The notes below the pieces were generated by a model. It searched no databases, was not told the DNA's origin, and worked only from the letters and a program-made list of their open reading frames with translations. Both the position numbers and the translations under genes were made by a program. Shown here one piece after another: positions 1 through 12,825 of a stretch of DNA of 64,000 nucleotides. Positions within the stretch are counted from its first letter, which is position 1, and every line of letters starts with the position of its first letter. Origin of the DNA: Octopus sinensis (taxonomy: Eukaryota); assembly GCF_006345805.1 (NCBI RefSeq), contig NC_043002.1:42718001-42782000 (forward strand), read 5' to 3'.

Positions 1-810
1 ATATCAATTTGACTAGACTTATAAGGGAAAATACAAAGGAAGTTGCAAGAATGATTGAGTCAAACAGGTTCTGTAACCAGTCATTGGACATCATCTGATA
101 TATCTTTCGATTTAAAAAAAAAAAATAATAATAGGATGTGAAGGAAATTTAATTGTTATATCTAGCCATTTGAGTGACTGTATAAGCTTCTTCATTGAAC
201 TGACTAATAATCAAAGGCATTCCAGCCATGACTATACATTCTTATTTTCAGACATAGTATTATCAAGGCCTCTTTATCCAGTGTACCCTGCTTTGTGTAA
301 CTCCTTTTAGAAGCTGGAGATTTTGTTAATCAGGTATATAAATAACTATTGCATGAATTTGGATGAAATTTGCTAAGTTAATGATTGTTGAAGTATGTTC
401 TGAATGTGGTTTTTACCTGTTGTCATGTCTCTTTCTCTTGCCCATGTAAGTTGATTACACATAGGTGTTTTCACAAGTATATGAAATACCATTCTGAGAT
501 ATGCCTGCATCCCCTCCATCGAGTAAATGGAGGTGGCATTGCTCTGTTAACGTGCTGACCTTGTGAGCTCATCAGTCATCCTGAGAAAAAAATTTCTTCA
601 GGAAAAATCTGAAGAAAATACTTAATCAGCTTTACTTCTAGGTTTAAAGGTTTTGTTGGGTCCACATCATTAATGAAAATATTGATACAATGATCAACAA
701 TGTGATAACTCCACTCCTGCTCTGAATCAATAAACCCCAGTGTCACTTAAATCGATGATGTGTACAGATGTCACTAATATATCACTCATTATTTTCTCTA
801 ATAATATTTC

Positions 811-1545
811 AAAGTAGGTGTTGGACTTAGGCAGGGGTGCATATTGTTACCTCTCCTTTTCAAGATATCTGTGAACTGGATTGACATGCACAGCCATTTT
901 AGAAGTGGTATCATAATTGGTGAGTGCAGGATATTGGTTGGCTGATATTTGCAGAGAACATAGTGTAGCTTGGCTCACTAGATGATCTCCTGCATGCATT
1001 GAATGGGTTTGCTGCTGAATGCTGCATAGCAAGAATGAGAATTAGTGTTGCAAAGGCTAAGACATTAGTTCTCTCAACAAAGTCTTCCTATTGCATTCTG
1101 AATGGTAGTGGAACATCACTGAGGCAAGTGGAGAAGTTTAAGTATTTCAGGACTGTATTCACAAGTCATACGAAGCAGGAGGCTGACTTAGATGCTAGGA
1201 TTGCAGGTGCTGGCATTCTAATGTGCCAGCTTCGGCACTTGATTCTCAGAAGAGGAGGGATTGGTTTAAAAAAAGCCAAAACTTGTAATGATCGAAAGAG
1301 TATGACTATAAATACAAGTAGCCAAAATGGGACTCCTTTGAAGGATCTCTGATGTAACATTAGTCAACAAGCTACACAGCTCCCAGATCGGGGTGTCTCT
1401 CCAGGTTATGTTACTACTCCTCTGTAGTGAGAGGTTACAGCTCCAGTTCTATGGACATGTGATTAAAATGTTGCAAAAAAAAAAATCATGTGATGGATTC
1501 TTCAACTAAGCCTGCTGACAGGAGACCTAGGAGTAACCCAAGAAT
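811..1545 (+). mobile_element. Degenerate RTE-clade (Expander/Rex3-like) RT fragment
   Basis: VGVGLRQGCIL.PLLF, FAAEC..ARMRIS..K, QVEKFKY, LQFYGHV, P..RRPR; contains stops and frameshifts. Confidence 0.8.
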
Positions 1546-1784
1546 GACAAAACCCTGCTTCCATCTGAAATATGGCTTTGTCCAAAATGTAAAAAGGAGG
1601 CAGTAGGAATTCCACACTATGTAACTCATTTAAATTGGATGCATAAGGTTTTGTGGAGTCATTGTTAGGCAATCACATGTGGCAGGTGCACAATACTAAG
1701 AGCACTTGTGAAATATAATTCTATGATATTTCTCTACAAGGAGTTCATAGCTTCTGTTACTTAGGAGACCTAATTAGTAGTTGG

Positions 1785-2240
1785 GTTGGGACAGGTGTTC
1801 TGAAAGTGTAGGAGCCAGAGTAAGAACTGATTAGAGAAAGTTCAGTGTGCTATTACATCAACTGACATCATAGGGCATCTCCCTCAGAGTGAAGGGCAGA
1901 TTGTATGATGCTTGTGTGCTATGTGGTAGTGAGGTGTGGGCTTTGAATACAGAAGATTTACGAAGGTTAGAAAGAAATAAACAAAATGAACATACTCTAC
2001 TATATGTGTAATACTGGTGTGCATGACCAACAATACAAATGAGCTGCAAGAGAAACATAAGTTGAATCAGGTGTAATGTGCAATAGAATACATTATATAA
2101 GTGTGGGCATGTGATGTGTATGGAGGAGGACAGCTGTATAAAGATATGTCATGCACTTGAAGTGAGGAAGACTTAGGTTGAAGTGGTGAAGACAGGTCTG
2201 AAGCTGTTACACACGAAGGAAATGACAAAGGGGTGCATTG
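1785..2240 (+). mobile_element. Degenerate RTE LINE ORF2 C-terminal fragment
   Basis: SLRVKGRLYDACV..GSEVWALNTEDLRRLERN followed by a degenerate RW(Y)GHV..EEDSCIK segment. Confidence 0.75.
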
Positions 2241-3884
2241 ACTTAACAATGTGCTGTGTGAATAGATCCACTCACCTGCCCAGGTGTAGCAAAACAAACA
2301 TTAAAATTATGTATTTATGTGTATATAAGGGCATCTATCACTAGACATATGTACTGTCTAATCAACACAATGACCTCTAGCACCCATATCATATACCCCT
2401 TTATTTTTTATCCTTCACATCACATCTCTATCACTCTGGCTAATATCCATACTCCTATCACTTATGCTTTCACTGCTCTCGCTTCCTGCACCCATAACCC
2501 TATTGCTCTCTTCTCGTCACTCCCTACTCTTGTCAGTCACACTGTATTATGCTGATGGCATGAATAAGAATGACAGGGGTTCTCTCTTCTGCTTGTTACA
2601 CATTGCTCTCACTCTTTCTTTCTTTCTCTCTCTCTCTCCCTCACACACATACATGCCTTTATTGCCTGTTTACTGTTTGTCATACATTGCATTCTTTCAT
2701 CCATACCTTTTGCTCATCTTTTAATCGCTCCCTCTTTTCTCTGTACTATGCTTCATTGTGGCCAAAATATGGATTGGATCTTTTCTGCTCGCCATCCAGT
2801 CAGGATGCTATTCTGACTCTCTACCTTTCATTCTTTTGTAAACTCAATGGCGCAATACCCATTAACTATTCCTTCACCATGCCATCACTCAATCGCTCCG
2901 GACCATCATATGTGTAGGTGGTTACATTGGATCACTTGTTCTCAGTTCACTCTATGTTCACTCTCCTCTCTTGTAGTGACTATCATCTTCCTCTGTCTGC
3001 CAGTATATTCTTATTCCTTTTCTTCCATCTGTTTAACTTTTTATTCATAATTGAAGTTGATGAGAATGAAATCAAGACTGACTATAAGGAAATTGTGTCT
3101 GACAGTGAAAAATTTGTTGAAGTTATCAATAATGTTGAATTTGAGAGAGGAACCCTGTATTTATATTATATCAAGTGAATTGTAGAAGTATTATTTATAA
3201 ATTGTACCATCAGAAGATGATCTCAACTAGAATACCATTGATCATAGGTATAGGTCTACCCTTTGGCTGACTTTGGGGCAAAAATAACAGCTTCAGTGTT
3301 TATTACTGCTAACATAATCAATGATATATAATTCAGTGAGGCAGCTCTAAGTTTTTTCGCACTTTAATGCTGGTCCAGCGATACATATCAGTATTTTAAG
3401 ACATATAACCCTAAAAGGAAAACAGTACTTTTGTAAAAGTATAGCCACAGTAACTCTTCTATCAAAAAGTAACAGCTGGTAAAATAGCAATATCACATTA
3501 TAGCCTGTACAGTTCTGACATAAAAGATTACTACTGTCTTTGTGACAAGACCTTTTAATAGTCTCAGCTCAAATGTGACCTTTACCTACACAAATTGATG
3601 TGGGTAACTTATTTGTGGTTCATGTGCCACGGCAACATCTTATAGTGTGTTTATTCTATCAGCTGACCATCTCAGTTTCATGCTGCACTAACTTACAACC
3701 ATCTGGCAAAATGAGCTAAATAAACTTCAGCATTCATCCACACTGCCTGTTATTTATTTATCCAGTTGAGGTGGTTTACATCTTAATTGCAATGTCTTAT
3801 TCATAATTTCACTTTGCAGTGCTACTATTCAGTTAAAGCAGTCTGGCACAAGTGAATCCAAAGGTACAATTTTCAGTGATACAC

Positions 3885-4275
3885 TAGGTGTTGTGTGGTT
3901 GAGAAGTTTGCTTCCAACCACATGGTTTCGGGTTCAGTCCTGCTGTGTGGCCCCTTGGGCATGTGTCTCCTATTTTAGCCCCAGGCCAACAAAAGCCTTC
4001 TCAGTGGATTTGGTAGATAGGAACTGAAAGAAGCCTGTTGTTATACATGTATATATATACATGAGTGTGTGTGTGTCCTTGTTTTGATATCATGTGTTAG
4101 TTGTAAATGAGTCAAAAAGCCTTGTCATTCATTTCTGTTGTTCTGGCTTTGGAGAAATATTACCTTGCTTGGAAACAAGTGAGAGTTGTAGCAAGGGAGG
4201 GCATCTGGCTATAGAAAATCTGCCTAAATTTCAGCTGACCCATGCAAGCATGGAAAATTATACATTAAAATGTTA
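3885..4275 (+). mobile_element. Family A SINE with an RTE-like tail (older copy; similar copies at about 12830-13215, 14705-15075, 23860-24240, 33670-34035 and 39065-39445)
   Basis: Family A head and central segment followed by agggcatc..atagaaaatctgcc..acccatgcaagcatggaaaa, which resembles the RTE 3' end. Confidence 0.7.
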
Positions 4276-6389
4276 AAGAGTGCTAATAGTATTAACCCTT
4301 TCATTACCGACTCGGCTGAAACCAGCTCTGGCTCTAAGTACAAACATCTTGTTTTCATAAGTTTTGAATTAAAATCTTCTATCAAACTTTAGTCACAATT
4401 TATGTTCCTAACACTAACTGAATTATAACTAAGCTATTTTACTAAACTCTTTGTTATATTTAAAGTAATTGAAAGAAACACAGAGCATCTCAAAATAAAT
4501 ACAGTAACGAAAAAGGTTAATATCTATCTGTGCAACAGATTTTGTATACATCCTACCAAGAGACACACAACTTTTAACTTGGTCTTTGTAAAGGATATCA
4601 ATCTTGATTGTGTATCCTTGTATGTTCTCTTCAAAATTTTTTAGTGCAAAATAATTCAGCTATTTATATATGGTCCAAAGAGAGTTGCAAGCGAACATTC
4701 TATAGCTAAAAACAAATCTGCTATCATGAAATATTTTTATAGTGAAGGTTAAAAAAAAAAACAACAACCAGACAGAGTGGGTAAAAGTCTCAGGAATTCC
4801 TAGTTATGGAAAGAAAATTAGTATTGTTTATTATACCATTACTGGAAGTGTTCCAGAGTCATATATCTGAAGTTTATGCAAATATTATTTTCAGGGATAG
4901 ACATGCTTATCTGTAAGAAGATTAATTTGGCCAAACAGTACTAAACTCTTGTTTCCAACTGAATGAAAATATGTTAGATCAAATTCCGAATACCTTTTAA
5001 AAGAGATATTCTTATAAACAACTAATGGTGATAACTTTGGGATAAGCTTTCATTCTTTGTGTATTCCAGTTTGCAAAATTTTTTGGCACTTCCAGTATCA
5101 AGATGGATCATAGCTAATTACTAATCTGAATTCAAAGTAATATTTTCAAAAGCCAATTTGTGAATATCTCTCAGTAACCAAAAGGCATTAAATAATTTAA
5201 CTATTCAAATTCTTTTAATCTAATTCTTTTATTTAGTTAGTAAAATGGCAATATACACAGTCAATTTGTACAGATGATTATAGTGGTGACAATAAATTAC
5301 TTTTGTACTAGCTTAGCTCTTGATCTGATGACCTTTAAGCCTTCCTTACAGAAAAAAACAAAACAAAGCAAAAAATAGTAAAAGCATTGAAGTTTATCTT
5401 AATATGAGGAAATTCACATACATGCACGTAAACAAACACACACATATAAAAGGAATTTCAAGGACATCTTTTCTTTACAAAATATATTTTTGGTTATGTT
5501 TATGTAACATCTTTTATAAATGATGTAATACCGTGTATCAGCCTATAAATCTTTTATCTCTTTATAAACATGTGTATGTGTGTGTGCATATAATTGTACA
5601 TCCACTTTCCATGTTGGCATGAGTTGGATGGGTCATCTCAGACTGATTCAGTTCATATTTGCTGTTACTACTTTTGGAGAACCATGTTGTGTCCATATAT
5701 TCCACTTTTGGCATGATGTCAATGGAGGGATGTCCTTCCTAATACAAAGTATTTTATAGACTATACTGGATGTATTTTATTCTATTGTAATTCTAGTATA
5801 AGTGACGTTGCCTAGTATTAAACAAAGGTAAAGAGACCTGAATACTATACATTATTTCCCTCTATTTAGGGCATCATTACTAAGATGGTGAATAGAGGAC
5901 AGCGAGTGATGTTAGAAGATGGATTAGAATGAGAAGATAAAAGAAGTGTAGCTTGTGGTGATTGGTGGTAAAGGTGGGAGAAACAAAAGAGACAATACTA
6001 GAAGGACTAAAGGAAGACAGTGAAAGCAGTTGTATGTTTATTTGCAAAGGAGAAGGCAAGTAATAGGTAGTGATGTTGATAGGTGATGATAAAACACAGC
6101 ATGAGAGAGAGAGAGATGGTTAGTTGTCTGGAAGAGTGATGGAGGGGTGTATCAGATACCCATGGGTTCACTACAATCCTTTATTACATCAACATCTTGG
6201 TGGGAGAAAGAATGAGATAGTGATATGAGTGGTATAGGGGATTGATTATTGATAGATCCTATGGCATTCCTCATTACACATGTAGCAGGGCTCAGTAAAT
6301 AGGGGAGAGTATCAAATTGGTTGAAGGAAATGTACATGAAATGGAAAATAGTTTTACTATGCTTGCTTACATGGTCAAGTTTTGTCCAG

Positions 6390-6700
6390 CAGTGCATATC
6401 ATCACTTGTGGTCCTTTGTCATTTCCTTCATAAGATGTAGCATCTTGAGATCTTTCTTCACAACTTTGTCCAATGTGCCTTTGTTGGTTTCCCTCTTCAA
6501 TAAATTCCATCCACATTAAGAGCCCTGCACTTCTTTATACAGCTGACATCCTTTATATTCATCATGTCTCTACCAATATAGCTTTCTTGCACACATTTGA
6601 TTCCTCTTATATCTAGTTTTTGTCTTAGTTCATACATATTCTGTCTTCCATGCACACTAACATTACACATGCAGCAGGGCTTGCCCACTTAATTTCTTTC
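6390..6700 (-). mobile_element. RTE LINE 3' ORF fragment
   Basis: MCNVSVH...ELRQKLDIRGIKCVQE...SCIKKCRALNVDG; same family as 27135 and 31238. Confidence 0.7.
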
Positions 6701-7721
6701 TGGTTTTAGAGCAAGTCATCTGACTACAGTACATCACCATTCTTCATACACAAGCCTCATACAATCTGTCTTTCACTCTGAGAAAGAGAGAAAGAAACTC
6801 TCAACAAAGATAATAGGCACCTTGAACTTTACTCCCTCCATTCTTACTTTGACTATTATGCTTTCAGTACATTCACCTTCACTACGAATGAATTATGCAA
6901 AAGTTTGTCTTGACAAGCTTTTGAATGGTTTCTGGCTACCAATTTCGACTTGCAACATATTGGTCTTCTTGAAGCTATACCTGGCACTCAGATGTTACTC
7001 AGTGAAACTGAACTGAGAATCATATGGTGGCAGAGTAAACTCTTCTTAATCATGCAATCATGCTTGCCCCTCATGGTGGTAATATTGCTTGATACTTCAT
7101 ACTTATACTGTCATAAAGACTTCACATATTGTGTACATTGCTTTATCACTTTCAATAATATGAATTAATTGTGGATGTATTACTTCCGTCTGAGTTATAT
7201 TGGCTTCTTTTATTGCTGCAGCTGTGTTAGGGAACAGCCTTTCAAAGGGTATTGTAGTCTTTTTTTATTAACCACAATATATTTTTTATCAACTTTGAAT
7301 GGGAGAAAGATGAGGTCAAATTGGGTTGGATGTGAACTAGAAAGGTTACAACCAAATACCACAGAATGTTTTATCTGGTTACATACTATTTCTGATAATA
7401 TATATATATATCTATATCTATCTATATATATTATATATAATATATATATATATATATGTATGTATGTATATATATATATATATACATATATGTGTGTGTG
7501 TGTTATTCTTTAGCAAGCATAGTGTTGACTGAGTTAAAAGATTCAGCCTGCATAATTTTCATTGGACTCTGAGATTTTGAAGTCTCTGTGAACACTATTA
7601 TTGTTAAAGAATAATAAATATATACTCAGCAAAAAAGCATTGAGTAATCCTTCTGACTAATGTAAAATTGTTTTTATTATAACTTAACATATTATATCTT
7701 AACGTGTGTGTGTGTATATAT

Positions 7722-8210
7722 ATCATCATCATCATCATCATCGTCGTTTAGCGTCCGTTTTCCATGCTAGCATGGGTTGGACGGTTCTACTGGGTCTGTG
7801 AAGCCAGAAGGCTTCATCAGGCCCAGTCAAATCTGGCAGTGTTTCTACGGCTGGATGCCCTTCCTAACGCCAACCACTCCGTGAGTGTAGTGGGTGCTTT
7901 TTACGTGCCACCCGCACAGGTGCCAGACAGAGCTGGCAAACGGCCACGAACGGATGGTGCTTTTTATGTGCCACCGGCACAAGGGCCAGGCGAGGCTGGC
8001 AACGGACACGAAACGGGGCGGTGCTGGCAACGGTTGCGAAACGGAAGGTTCTCTTACATGCCACCGGCACTGGTAACACATCTGCAATTTCCATTGATCG
8101 ATTTCCATTCTGATCCTCACTTGCCTCAACGGGTCTTCACAAGTAGAGTTTCGACATGCCACCGGCACTGGTAACACATCTGCAATTTCCATTGATCGAT
8201 TTCCATTTCT
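7722..8210 (-). mobile_element. RTE-derived 3'UTR copy with (GAT)n tail
   Basis: Reverse complement of the tail ggttggcgttaggaagggcatcc...aacccatgctagcatggaaaacggacg..(gat)n; near-identical to 63390-63668. Confidence 0.8.
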
Positions 8211-8211
8211 G

Positions 8212-8296
<85 letters not shown>

Positions 8297-8311
8297 TATA
8301 TATATATATAT

Positions 8312-8361
<50 letters not shown>

Positions 8362-8366
<5 letters not shown>

Positions 8367-8615
8367 TTAGATATGTTTCAACCAAGGATTGGTCCAGGCC
8401 ATGTCTAACTTAATAGCATCACCTGATAGGATTATCTAAATCCTGTTTAAGTCAAGTTTTGTTTATGGTCCATTCGAGTAGTGAGTTTTTGTTGAGGGAG
8501 TTGTATCCAGGTATGGGTGGCTTATCCGGTATTCCTTGAAGAAATCTGTCCAGACTCTTCCGGGACAATGTTAAACAGGGCAGGGCCTTGGATGAACCTT
8601 GAAACTAATGTTCAG
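8362..8615 (-). mobile_element. CR1/L2-group LINE 3' end
   Basis: Minus strand reads GPALFNIVP..SLDRFLQGIPDKPPIPGYNSLNKNSLLEWTINKT*, homologous to the end of the 61568 ORF. Its 3' end runs into (TA)n at about 8212-8361. Confidence 0.75.
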
Positions 8616-8704
8616 GTAGTATTTGAGCTAAGAACACAATGAGCTGGAAGAAATACAGCTAGGCATTTTGTCTGATGTATTAATGACTCTGCCTGCTCAT
8701 CACT

Positions 8705-8739
<35 letters not shown>

Positions 8740-9390
8740 GCTGCTGCTACAACTGTTGCTGCTGCTACTACTACTACTACTACTACTACTACTAATAATA
8801 ATAATAATAAAAGTAATAAATGAAATGATAAATATAATGTTGCACACATAATGTTGGAATTTAAGATGTATAGAACTGTTTATGTTGCAGAGGAGAGAAA
8901 ATGTTAGAAACAATATCTTTTCGTCACAGTAAATTGAAAGGGTAGTCAGTGTCTTGATAAAGTGTCTGTTTATTTTGATATTAATGTTATGTCATTAGGA
9001 TATTGAAAAAACAGATGGTAGAATAGTTTTATATACAGACATGTATATATATACCTACAGACTGTTGTAATATATTTGTAGTTGTACATGAAAACTATTG
9101 AGTAGGAAGAAGATCTGATTAATCGTTGGTTTATTTTCTAAAAAGACAAAACAAAAAGGAGTTTATGTGTATGAAGATATATATCTTTAAACAGATTTAT
9201 TAGTTTTAGTAAAGAGGCTTTTGCTTTCTGTTAATTTTATTTAATTATAATTATTTGCTCTACAGTCTTCTGTATACCTTGTATTGAGTCCCCTTTAAAT
9301 TTTCGTCTCCTTTAACATTGAGTTAAGTGTGTGTGTGTGTGTGTACATATATGACTATATATATGTATGTATGTGTGTATATATATATGT

Positions 9391-9771
9391 GGAGGTGCAA
9401 TGGCCCAGTGGTTAGGGCAGCGGACTCGCGGTCGTAGGATCGCGGTTTCGATTCCCAGACCGGGCGTTGTGAGTGTTTATTGAGTGAAAACACCTAAAGC
9501 TCCACGAGGCTCCGGCAGGGGATGGTGGTGATCCCTGCTGTACTCTTTCACCACAACTTTCTCTCACTCTTTCTTCCTGTTTCTGTTGTACCTGTATTTC
9601 AAAGGGCCGGCCTTGTCACTCTCTGTGTCACGCTGAATATCCCCGAGAACTACGTTGAGGGTACACGTGTCTGTGGAGTGCTCAGCCACTTACACGTTAA
9701 TTTCACGAGCAGGCTGTTCCGTTGGTCGGATCAACCGGAACCCTCATTGTCGTAACCGATGGAGTGCTTCC
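9391..9771 (+). mobile_element. tRNA-derived SINE, family C
   Basis: tRNA-like head with A-box TGGCCCAGTGG and B-box GGTTTCGATTCC; nearly identical to 16756-17135. Confidence 0.9.
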
Positions 9772-9778
9772 TTCTTTC

Positions 9779-9812
<34 letters not shown>

Positions 9813-10320
9813 TTTGTTTTTGGATTTGGTTTGCAAGATTCTTTATGTGAGTTTGTGTGTTGAAGCATATTCTGTTGTGTCTGGGGAGAGTCATTCTCAT
9901 TTAGTGCCTTATAATTTAACACACTCACCAGTAAAGTTTCCACTTATTTCCTTCTTTATTTATCAAAGGTATTCCAGTTGTGACCATCCTGTCTATTTTT
10001 ATGTATGCAGGGCTACATTATATAATGTCCTCTCCTTATTTAAGACTGTAAGGTATGATCAAAGGATTACAAATAGTAGCCACTTGAGTGACCATGTAAA
10101 TGCTTTCTTGTTGGCTTGTGTGCACATCTGTATTAGTTCATGGTGTTGCTACATTTTCCTGCACCGTTTGATCAGCTCTGTGTGTGTGATTAATGTAATT
10201 CTGACTCATTGCTTTCAACATTTCCAACAACTATTGCTTGAAGTCCTACATCTTGTAATCATATCCTTAATTAATTTCTCTGGTTACTAGTTACAGCTGT
10301 CCCTTTTATTTGCTTATGTA

Positions 10321-11916
10321 TGGCCTATCCTATTTATTTTCCTTGTTTAGCAGCTTTCCACTGTCCACTTTCCATGCTTGTCTTTACATTCTTAGAGAGC
10401 ATGCAAGTCTACTCCTATAATTTCAGATGCAGTTCTTTCCAACTTCCTCATTTATTCTTGACTCACTGTCTTGTAATCTATGACACTTGACACTCATCCT
10501 ACTGGCAAACCTGTGCTTGTATTCCTTAAGTTATTTACCTAACCTACTATCTACTGTTATACATTTATGCTAAATTAGTTATTTTCTCTACTGTATCACA
10601 CTATGTTATATATTGTTTGGTTCAGCTTTGGTCCATTGAACATATCCACTCGCTTACAGTAGGTGTTTCTAAGGCATGCCTACATCATTAAGCTTGTTAC
10701 GTTTGTCTAAACTGAGTGCAATTAAACATATATCCCCACATTTACATAACTCCGCTTTAATTTCTTCTTTAGAGATGTGGTTCTTTTTTCCTTTTTCTTA
10801 AACTTCACTGCATTTTGCTTCATCTCACCATCTCTTAATGTACAGTTTTCTCTAGGGATAGCTTTTATGTTTATGATTACTTGTCTCCCATTCAGAATAA
10901 TGCTGTAGGTAGTCAGCTGGATGAGTGGAAAACTTCAGAAAGCCATCCAATGTAGTTATATGTTGTTCTGATACCTATTTAAGAAATTATTCTCAAAAGC
11001 ATGGACTTCTGGGATTTGTTAAAGAAGATTAATTTATTTACATCATTGAACTTTATGGACAGATGAAAATTAATAATAACATCTTACTAAAATCCTAATA
11101 TGCCAGCTATCTACCTTTTAGTTTTCCTTAAAACCTTTTAATACTGATCCTTTTGCTTGTTAATCCTATTTATGGGTTTATGAATAGCTTGTGCCTCATT
11201 ATTATTTAGTATAAAATTGAAAGCCTTAAATTTATGTTATACAAGCAATAGAAAAAGTATGAGTAATACTGTATAGGGACAAACACTGCATTATAAATGT
11301 TTTGTTTCCCATTTTGGTATAGCTTAGGCAGAACCTTTTAATTGGTTGTCAAAATATTTTGGAACAGTATTATTGGTATTTTGTAGCTTCTTTGTAACAA
11401 GGCAGCAAATAGTACTCTGTCATATACAATGTATGCATAATGTACTCCAACATTGACTGAAGAATTTGCTGTGGTTTGAGTATATTGTCTATTTGGTTGG
11501 AAATGTTGAGTTGAGAAAGCAATGAAGATCAAAAGTATTGGTCAAGAGAGATGATTATACAACACAAATGAATGATTGCATACTAAGTTGAGATAAGTTA
11601 AGGTTAACTTGAGATGACCTATCCTATTTATTTTCCATGTCTAGCAGCTCTCCGCTGTCCACTTTCCATGCTTCTGTCTTTTCATTCTTAGAGAGCATGC
11701 AAGTCTACTCCTATAATTTCAGATGCAGTTCTTTCCAATAACTTCCTCATTTATTTTTGACTCACTGTCTTGTAATCCACGACACTTGACACTCACCCTG
11801 CTGGCAAACCTGTGCTTGTATTTCTTAAATTATTTACCTAACCTACTATCTACTGTTATACATTTATGCTAAATTAGTTATTTTCTCTACTGTATCACAC
11901 TATGTTGTATATTGTT
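10321..11916. repeat. Pair of ~297-bp direct repeats (10321-10617 and 11615-11916)
   Basis: Both run tg(g/a)cctatcctatttattttcc ... ctgtatcacactatgtt(a/g)tatattgtt, above 90% identity by eye, 1294 bp apart. Confidence 0.9.
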
Positions 11917-12786
11917 ATATATATATATATATTGTGATGAGACCAAAGTACTTAGGAGCTCACTGATGATGTAAACATTGGGTTGAGGATGTATGAAAGC
12001 TGTTTTCATTTGAACATAGAAAAATGTTGATATGGAAAAGAAATTGGGTGATACAAGTATTGGGTAATGTATCTAAAGGATATGATAGTTTGGACTTACA
12101 AAGAGTGTGAGGCAGAAGTTTAGAAAGTTGAAATTTCTCAAAAAAGAATAAGAGATAATGAAATATGTGAATGCTATTAGAGCTCAGACCAAAGCTAACA
12201 TGCAGAATTATTGATTTAAATTCTTTGCAATTACATTTTATAATACACCAGAAGTTGCAAATTATGTTTCCTATAGAAAAATACATCATAATACAAATTT
12301 TTGTCAATCATGAGAAAGCATAATTATGTTTTATAATGATAATGTGTATTAGTGTATTTTTTTCCTGAAGATTGTATTTTTTCTTTTTTTTTTTTCTTTT
12401 ATATATATTTTTTCTCATCCTATTTGCATTTATAATGATTGTTTCCATCATTGTTGTTATGCATGGTTTCAGAAGTACATCATAACAAGAAGTTGGTACA
12501 TTTTGGAATAATATGCAGAGGAGTATTGAAGGTTAATAAGAATCTGCTAGGTTAACAAATATTGTGTCACAACCCCTGGATAATATTTAGTGCAAATTGT
12601 ACTACCCCTATTTTCTGGGTTATGCCTATCATCATCATCATCATTATTGCTGTTGTCATTGCTGTCTCCAGTTTCGTTTCTCTTTATATTTTAATATGAA
12701 TTTATATATCATCTGTTAGTTTGAGGGGCCAAGTGCAGAACTCTAAAAATCATTTTTTAAAACAGAAACTGAAGGGAATATGTATG

Positions 12787-12825
<39 letters not shown>

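Noticed and set aside
3040-3178. Possible exon EVDENEIKTDYKEIVSDSEKFVEVINNVEFERGTLYLYYIK
   Set aside because: Only a fleeting resemblance to DEAD-box N-termini, no donor site, and no partner exons.
9391-9466. tRNA gene (also 16756, 43240 and 18938)
   Set aside because: A and B boxes are present, but each continues into a shared SINE body and lacks a proper acceptor stem and terminator.
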